Positions 58,059 to 64,000 of a stretch of DNA of 64,000 nucleotides are shown here, in pieces. Under the pieces are notes generated by a model. The model searched no databases. It had not been told where the DNA came from and saw only the letters and a program-made list of their open reading frames with translations. A program made the translations under genes and the position numbers. Position 1 is the stretch's first letter; each line of letters starts with the position of its first letter. The DNA is from Alphaproteobacteria bacterium (GTDB lineage: Bacteria > Pseudomonadota > Alphaproteobacteria > Bin95), in NCBI GenBank assembly GCA_965205265.1, contig CBDBGH010000003.1, positions 4,064,001 through 4,128,000 of the forward strand, given 5' to 3'.

Positions 58059-59744
58059 TCAGCCCAGGAAGGGAAGATCGAGGCCGTGCCGGCGCGCGCA
58101 GGCGACGGCGTCGTCATAGCCGGCATCGGCATGGCGCATGACGCCGCTTGCCGGATCGTTCCAGAGCACCCGCGCGATCCGCGCGGCCGCCTCGTCCGTG
58201 CCGTCGCACACGACCACCATGCCGGCATGCTGCGAGAAGCCGATGCCGACGCCGCCGCCGTGATGGAGGCTGACCCAGGTGGCTCCCGACGCCGTGTTGA
58301 GCAGTGCATTGAGCATCGGCCAGTCGGAAACCGCATCCGAACCGTCGATCATGCCTTCGGTCTCGCGGTTCGGGCTCGCTACGGAGCCGCTGTCCAGATG
58401 GTCCCGGCCGATTACCACCGGCGCCTTCAACTCGCCCCTGGCCACCATCCCGTTGAAGGCGAGGCCGAGCCGGTGCCGGTCGCCGAGACCGACCCAGCAG
58501 ATGCGCGAGGGCAGGCCCTGGAAGCGGATGCGCCGGCGGGCCATGTCGAGCCAGTTGTGAAGAGGCGCGTCGTCGGGCATCAGCTCCTTCACTTTTTCGT
58601 CGGTGCGGTAGATGTCCTCCGGGTCGCCCGACAGCGCCGCCCAGCGGAACGGCCCGACGCCGCGGCAGAACAGCGGCCGGATATAGGCCGGCACGAAACC
58701 CGGAAAGTCGAAGGCGTTGTCCACGCCCGTCTCCCGGGCCATCTGGCGGATATTGTTGCCGTAGTCGAGGGTCGGCACGCCCCGGGCCCAGAAGTCCAGC
58801 ATGGCGCGGACCTGGACCGCCATCGACTCCTTCGCCGCCTTTACGGTGCCCGCCGGGTCGCGCTCGCGCCGCTCGTCCCACTCGGCAAGCGACCAGCCGG
58901 CCGGCAGATAGCCGTTCAGCGGATCGTGGGCGCTTGTCTGGTCGGTCACGGCGTCCGGGCGCACGCCGCGCGCCACCAGTTCCGGATAGATTTCGGCTGC
59001 GTTGCCGAGCAGGCCGACCGAGACAGGCGTCCGGTTCGCACAAGCCTCGTCGATCATCGCCAGCGCTTCGTCCAGATCGCTCGACCGGCGATCCAGATAG
59101 CCGGACCTGAGCCGCATCTCTATCCGGCTCGGCCGGCACTCGACCGCGAGCAGGGAGGCGCCTGCCATGGTCGCCGCCAGCGGCTGGGCGCCGCCCATGC
59201 CGCCGAGCCCGCCGGTCAGGATCCAGCGCCCCGCGAGGTCGCCGCCATAGTGCTGCCGGCCCATCTCGACGAAGGTTTCGTAGGTGCCCTGGACGATGCC
59301 CTGGCTGCCGATATAGATCCACGAACCGGCCGTCATCTGGCCGAACATCGTCAGCCCCTGCCGGTCGAGTTCGTTGAATGTCTCGAGCGTGGCCCAGTGC
59401 GGCACGATGTTGGAATTCGCGATCAGCACGCGGGGCGCGTCGGCATGAGTGCGAAAGACGCCGACCGGCTTGCCCGACTGGACCAGCAGGGTCTCGTCCG
59501 CCTCCAACGCCTGCAGGGCCGCCACGATCCGGTCGTAGCTTTCCCAGTTGCGCGCCGCTCGGCCGATACCGCCATAGACCACCAGCTCCTGCGGCCTTTC
59601 CGCGACCTCGGGGTCCAGATTGTTCATCAGCATGCGCAGCGGCGCTTCGGTCAGCCAGCTCTTGCAGCTGAGTTCGCCGCCCTGCGGCGCGCGGATATCG
59701 CGCGTGTTGTCGAGGCGGCTCAGGTCGGTCGGGCGTCGGCTCAC
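58059..59744 (-). CDS. hutU: Urocanate hydratase
   Basis: [34 protein letters not shown]. Confidence 0.97.
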   Translation of the reverse strand: MSRRPTDLSRLDNTRDIRAPQGGELSCKSWLTEAPLRMLMNNLDPEVAERPQELVVYGGIGRAARNWESYDRIVAALQALEADETLLVQSGKPVGVFRTHADAPRVLIANSNIVPHWATLETFNELDRQGLTMFGQMTAGSWIYIGSQGIVQGTYETFVEMGRQHYGGDLAGRWILTGGLGGMGGAQPLAATMAGASLLAVECRPSRIEMRLRSGYLDRRSSDLDEALAMIDEACANRTPVSVGLLGNAAEIYPELVARGVRPDAVTDQTSAHDPLNGYLPAGWSLAEWDERRERDPAGTVKAAKESMAVQVRAMLDFWARGVPTLDYGNNIRQMARETGVDNAFDFPGFVPAYIRPLFCRGVGPFRWAALSGDPEDIYRTDEKVKELMPDDAPLHNWLDMARRRIRFQGLPSRICWVGLGDRHRLGLAFNGMVARGELKAPVVIGRDHLDSGSVASPNRETEGMIDGSDAVSDWPMLNALLNTASGATWVSLHHGGGVGIGFSQHAGMVVVCDGTDEAAARIARVLWNDPASGVMRHADAGYDDAVACARRHGLDLPFLG

Positions 59745-59800
59745 GTCATGCGCTCCGGTCCAGGGGCCGAATGCCCGGCGAGGAGGGCCGCCGCCGGCCG

Positions 59801-60796
59801 TCAGAAGCGGTAGAAGAGGGCCTGCAGCTCTTCGGGGTCCTTCGTGCGGGCGAGGCCGAGCATGAGGAGGACGCGAGCCTTCTGGACGGTGAGGTTGTCG
59901 GCCAGCACCGTGCCCTTCGGCCGGCGGCGCTCCAGCGGCACCAGGCGCCCGGCGCCGGCGCGCGTGCCCATGACGAAGACCACGCCGCGCGCCATCACCT
60001 CTTCCATCACCTCGTGCTCCTCCGGCGTCGGGTTGCCGGGGGCGAGCGCCGCCATGACGATGCCCTCCGCGCCGAGATCGGCCATGGCGCGCAGCACCGC
60101 GCCGTCCGAGCCGCCGTAGGAATAGGCGATCTCGACGCGCGGGAAGCGCGCCGGCAGGCCGAGCTCGCGCGCGGCCGCCGGCGCATGGACGCGCACCGGC
60201 CGGCGGTAGATCGCGACCCAGTCCTCGTCCGCATGGCCGAGCACGCCGAAATCGGGCGCCCTGAAGGTCTGTGCGCGGGCGCTGTGCGTCTTGGTGACCT
60301 CGCGCGCGGCGTGGATCTCGTCGTTCAGCAGCGTCAGCACGCCCATGCCGCGCGCTTCCCGCGCGCCGGCGACGCGCACCGCGTTGAGGAGGTTGAGGAA
60401 GGCGTCGGTGGAGAGCCCCGACGCCGGGCGCTGGGCGCCCACCAGCACGACCGTCTTGTCCGTCTCGACCGTGAGGTTGAGGAAATAGGCGGTCTCCTCC
60501 AAGGTCGCCGTGCCGTGCGTGATGGCGATGCCGTCGATCTCGGGGCGGGCGGCGGTCTCATGGACGCGGGCGAGCAGTTCCGGCCAGACGGCCGGGCCCA
60601 TCGCGGTCGAGGGAATGGCGCGGAACGGCACCGGCACGACGTCCGCCACCCGGTCGAGCTCCGGCACTTTCGCGATCAGATCGCCGACCTCCATCACCGT
60701 GGCATGGTCCACATAGGTGGCGAGCTCGAGGCTGTGGTGCCCCAGCGAGGAAATCGTGCCGCCGGTGCCGATCACCGCGACGGTCGGGCGCGCCAT
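59801..60796 (-). CDS. Asparaginase
   Basis: [29 protein letters not shown]. Confidence 0.9.
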   Translation of the reverse strand: MARPTVAVIGTGGTISSLGHHSLELATYVDHATVMEVGDLIAKVPELDRVADVVPVPFRAIPSTAMGPAVWPELLARVHETAARPEIDGIAITHGTATLEETAYFLNLTVETDKTVVLVGAQRPASGLSTDAFLNLLNAVRVAGAREARGMGVLTLLNDEIHAAREVTKTHSARAQTFRAPDFGVLGHADEDWVAIYRRPVRVHAPAAARELGLPARFPRVEIAYSYGGSDGAVLRAMADLGAEGIVMAALAPGNPTPEEHEVMEEVMARGVVFVMGTRAGAGRLVPLERRRPKGTVLADNLTVQKARVLLMLGLARTKDPEELQALFYRF

Positions 60797-60817
60797 GTGC
60801 TTGTCTCCCCTGTCAGG

Positions 60818-63487
60818 TCAGGCCGCTTCGGCCAGCATGTTGCGCAGGACGTAGGGCAGGATGCCGCCGTGGCGGAAATAGTCGAGCTCGTTCTCGGTGT
60901 CGATGCGGCAGCGGACCTCGAATTCCTGCATCGTCCCGTCCGTCCGGCGCACCCGGCAGGTGAGCGTCGAGCGCGGCTCGAGGCCGTCGGCCACGCCCAG
61001 CACATCGACCGTCTCGCTGCCGTCCAGCGCGAGCGCCTTGCGCGTCATGCCGCCGGTGAACTCCAGCGGCAGCACGCCCATGCCGATCAGGTTGGAGCGG
61101 TGGATGCGCTCGAAGCTCTCCACGATCACCGCCCGGATGCCGAGCAGGGCCGAACCCTTGGCCGCCCAGTCGCGCGAGGAGCCGGTGCCGTATTCCTTGC
61201 CGCCGAACACCACCAGCGGCACGCCTTCCTCGCGGTAGCGCATGGCGGCGTCATAGACGGACATGACCTCGCCGGAGGGCCGGTGCGTGGTAAAGCCGCC
61301 CTCGGTGCCGGGGGCGAGCTCGTTGCGGATGCGGATATTGGCGAAGGTGCCGCGCATCATCACTTCATGGTTGCCGCGCCGGGCGCCGTAGGAGTTGAAC
61401 TCCACCGGCCGCACCTGGTGGCCGATCAGGTAGTCCCCCGCCGGCCCGTCGCGCTTGATCGCGCCCGCCGGCGAGATGTGGTCGGTGGTGATGCTGTCCG
61501 CGAGCGAGAGCAGCACCTTCGCCCCTGAGATGTCCGAGACCGGCGCCGGCTCGCGCTCCATGTCCTGGAAATAGGGCGCATGGCGGACATAGGTGGAGCC
61601 GTCGTTCCAGCGGTAGGTCTCGTCCGCCGGCACGCGGATCTCGCGCCATTCCGCCGGCCCCTCGGAAACATTGCCGTAGCGCGCCCGGAACATGTCCGGC
61701 GAGAGCGCGCTCGCAAGCGTCTCGCGAATCTGTTCGTCGCCCGGCCAGATGTCGCTGAGATAGACGGGATTGCCCTCGCCGTCCTCTCCCAGCGGGTCGC
61801 GGGCGAGATCGACGGTGAGCGAGCCCGCCAGCGCATAGGCGACCACGAGCGGCGGCGAAGCGAGGTAGTTCGCCTTCACCTGGGCGTGGACGCGGCCCTC
61901 GAAATTGCGGTTGCCGGAGAGCACCGCGCCGACGGTGATGTCGCCCGTCTCGACCGCCTCGGCGATCGGCTCCGCCAGCGGGCCGGAATTGCCGATGCAG
62001 GTGGTGCATCCGTAGCCGACGAGGTTGAAGCCGAGCGCGTCCAGCGAGTCCTGCAGGCCGGCGGCCTCAAGATAGTCGGTCACCACCTGGCTGCCCGGCG
62101 CGAGCGAGGTCTTGACCCAGGGCTTGACCCTGAGGCCGCGCTCCAGCGCGTTGCGGGCCAGCAGCCCGGCGGCGACCAGCACGCTCGGGTTGGAGGTATT
62201 GGTGCAGCTCGTGATGGCGGCGATCACCACATGGCCGGGCTCGATGGAATAGTCCGCGCCCTCGACCGTCTGTGCAGCGCCGCCGCCGATCTCGGCCACG
62301 GCCCGCTCGAAGCTCGCCGGCACGCCCGACAGCGCGACCCGGTCCTGCGGGCGTTTCGGCCCGGCAAGCGCCGGCTCGACCGAGGAGAGGTCGAGCGAGA
62401 GCGTGTCGGAGAAGACGGGCGCAGCCATGCCGGCCTCGCGCCAGAGGCCCTGCGCCTTCGCATAGGCCTCGACCAGCGCCACCTGCTCCTCCTCGCGGCC
62501 GGTAAAGCGCAGATAGTTGAGCGTCTCGCCGTCCACGGGGAAGAAGCCGCAGGTGGCGCCGTATTCGGGCGCCATATTGGCGATGGTGGCCCGGTCCGCG
62601 AGCGCGAGCGCATCGAGGCCGGCCCCGTGGAACTCCACGAACTTGCCGACTACGCCCTTGGCCCTCAGCATCTCGACCACGCGCAGCACGAGGTCTGTGG
62701 CGGTCGCGCCTTCGGGCATGCGGCCGGTGAGCTCGAAGCCCACCACTTCGGGGATCAGCATGGAAATCGGCTGGCCCAGCATCGCAGCCTCCGCCTCGAT
62801 GCCGCCCACACCCCAGCCGAGCACGCCGAGCCCGTTCACCATCGTCGTGTGGCTGTCGGTGCCGACGACCGTGTCGGGCATGGCGACCGTGCGGCCTTCC
62901 TGCTCCTCGGTCCAGACCGTGCGGGCCAGATATTCCAGATTGACCTGGTGGCAGATGCCGGTGCCGGGCGGCACGACGCGGAAATTGCGGAAGGCCGACT
63001 GGCCCCAGCGCAGGAACTCGTAGCGCTCGCGGTTGCGCTCGAACTCGCGCCCGACATTGGCGTGGAAGGCGTCCGCGCTGCCGTAGGAATCCACCATGAC
63101 GGAGTGGTCGATGACGAGGTCCACGGCATTGAGCGGGTTGATCTTCTGCGGGTCGCCGCCGAGCTCGGCCATGGCGTGGCGCATGGCGGCCAGATCGACC
63201 ACGGCCGGCACGCCGGTGAAGTCCTGCATCAGCACGCGCGCCGGGCGAAACGCGATCTCGGCCCCTGCCTTGCGGTCCTTCAGCCAGGCGCCGAAGCTCG
63301 CGATGTCCTCGACGGTGACGGTGCGCCCGTCCTCGTGCCTCAGCAGGTTCTCCGCCAGAATGCGCAGCGAAACCGGCAGGCGCGAGAGGTCGCCCGCGGC
63401 CGCCTCCGCCGCTTCCAGCGCAAAGTAGTCGTATTCCCTGCCGCCGACCCGAAGGGTCCGGCGCGCGCCCAGGGTGTCGCGTCCCAT
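60818..63487 (-). CDS. acnA: Aconitate hydratase A
   Basis: QDFTGVP, DHS, GTDSHT, ITSCTNTSNP, GCTTCIGNSG, GSSRDWAAKG. Confidence 0.97.
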   Translation of the reverse strand: MGRDTLGARRTLRVGGREYDYFALEAAEAAAGDLSRLPVSLRILAENLLRHEDGRTVTVEDIASFGAWLKDRKAGAEIAFRPARVLMQDFTGVPAVVDLAAMRHAMAELGGDPQKINPLNAVDLVIDHSVMVDSYGSADAFHANVGREFERNRERYEFLRWGQSAFRNFRVVPPGTGICHQVNLEYLARTVWTEEQEGRTVAMPDTVVGTDSHTTMVNGLGVLGWGVGGIEAEAAMLGQPISMLIPEVVGFELTGRMPEGATATDLVLRVVEMLRAKGVVGKFVEFHGAGLDALALADRATIANMAPEYGATCGFFPVDGETLNYLRFTGREEEQVALVEAYAKAQGLWREAGMAAPVFSDTLSLDLSSVEPALAGPKRPQDRVALSGVPASFERAVAEIGGGAAQTVEGADYSIEPGHVVIAAITSCTNTSNPSVLVAAGLLARNALERGLRVKPWVKTSLAPGSQVVTDYLEAAGLQDSLDALGFNLVGYGCTTCIGNSGPLAEPIAEAVETGDITVGAVLSGNRNFEGRVHAQVKANYLASPPLVVAYALAGSLTVDLARDPLGEDGEGNPVYLSDIWPGDEQIRETLASALSPDMFRARYGNVSEGPAEWREIRVPADETYRWNDGSTYVRHAPYFQDMEREPAPVSDISGAKVLLSLADSITTDHISPAGAIKRDGPAGDYLIGHQVRPVEFNSYGARRGNHEVMMRGTFANIRIRNELAPGTEGGFTTHRPSGEVMSVYDAAMRYREEGVPLVVFGGKEYGTGSSRDWAAKGSALLGIRAVIVESFERIHRSNLIGMGVLPLEFTGGMTRKALALDGSETVDVLGVADGLEPRSTLTCRVRRTDGTMQEFEVRCRIDTENELDYFRHGGILPYVLRNMLAEAA

Positions 63488-63735
63488 GATGCGAAAGCCT
63501 CCAGAGTCCCGAATTCCACGCAGGCCGGGGTTTACACCCGAACGGGGCGGAGGCAAAGGGTTGGGGGCAGTTCGGACGGTCTGTCGTTTCGATGATGGAC
63601 GGTCGCCGCAACAATTGCGGTCGACACGTCCGGAACCACAACCTCCGGGCGCGGCCATCCTCTCTCCGCCAGGCCCGCATTTGCGGCGAAGGCGCCGCCT
63701 TGCTATCTCCGAGGCGCATCCGGGGGAGCGAATTC

Positions 63736-64000
63736 TTGCGCATTGAAGTCATCTGCACCGGCGACGAGGTGCTGACCGGCAAGACCGTCAACACCAATTT
63801 CAGCCGCTTGAGCCGGCGCCTGACCGAACTCGGCCTGCCGGTGGTGCGCGAGACCACGGTGGGCGACGACCGGGCGGAGTTGCGCGCCGCCTTCGACGCC
63901 GCCGCCGAACGCGCGGACGCGGTGATCGTGAACGGCGGGCTCGGGCCGACGGTGGACGATCTCAGCCAGGAGGTGGCGGCGGAGGCGGCGGGCGTGGCGC
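63736..64000 (+). CDS. cinA: CinA / molybdopterin-binding domain protein (3' truncated by window edge)
   Basis: TTG start; (M)RIEVICTGDEVLTG...NTN...VGDD...NGGLGPTVDD. Confidence 0.85.
   Translation, partial: MRIEVICTGDEVLTGKTVNTNFSRLSRRLTELGLPVVRETTVGDDRAELRAAFDAAAERADAVIVNGGLGPTVDDLSQEVAAEAAGVA

Noticed and set aside
57972-63857. Long antisense or alternate-frame ORFs (e.g. 57972-59813, 61580-63595; similar ones throughout the window)
   Set aside because: Shadow ORFs expected at high GC opposite well-supported genes.
1-64000. tRNA, rRNA, integron or prophage
   Set aside because: No cloverleaf or rRNA signatures, integrase or phage structural genes seen by eye.

Overview
GC-rich bacterial chromosomal window, most consistent with an alphaproteobacterium (rplM-rpsI-argC order, CGTC-headed palindromic repeats, an alpha-type SOS-box-like site). 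It holds core genes (folE, rplM, rpsI, argC, frmA/adhC, hutU, acnA, cinA) and many catabolic genes: tandem P450s, two TauD/TfdA dioxygenases, three TRAP transporters, CoA ligases/transferase, hydrolases and a sulfatase. Accessory material: (i) a secreted peptide with six [10 protein letters not shown] repeats (20 Cys), divergent from a secreted FGE/SUMF1-fold protein; this pair is the best candidate for an undescribed system; (ii) a stand-alone NurA-HerA pair between mobile debris; (iii) an IS1634-family element with an 82-bp target duplication that copies the brnTA upstream region; (iv) nested REP/MITE structures with Tn5-like ends and a core that is flipped between two copies; (v) a duplicated gamma-carbonic anhydrase 3' end flanking a truncated MNT-HEPN module; (vi) an orphan IS630-like HTH gene with a LexA-like box and a second remnant elsewhere; (vii) a candidate sRNA. 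No rRNA, tRNA or CRISPR array was seen. All calls are by eye, without database searches.
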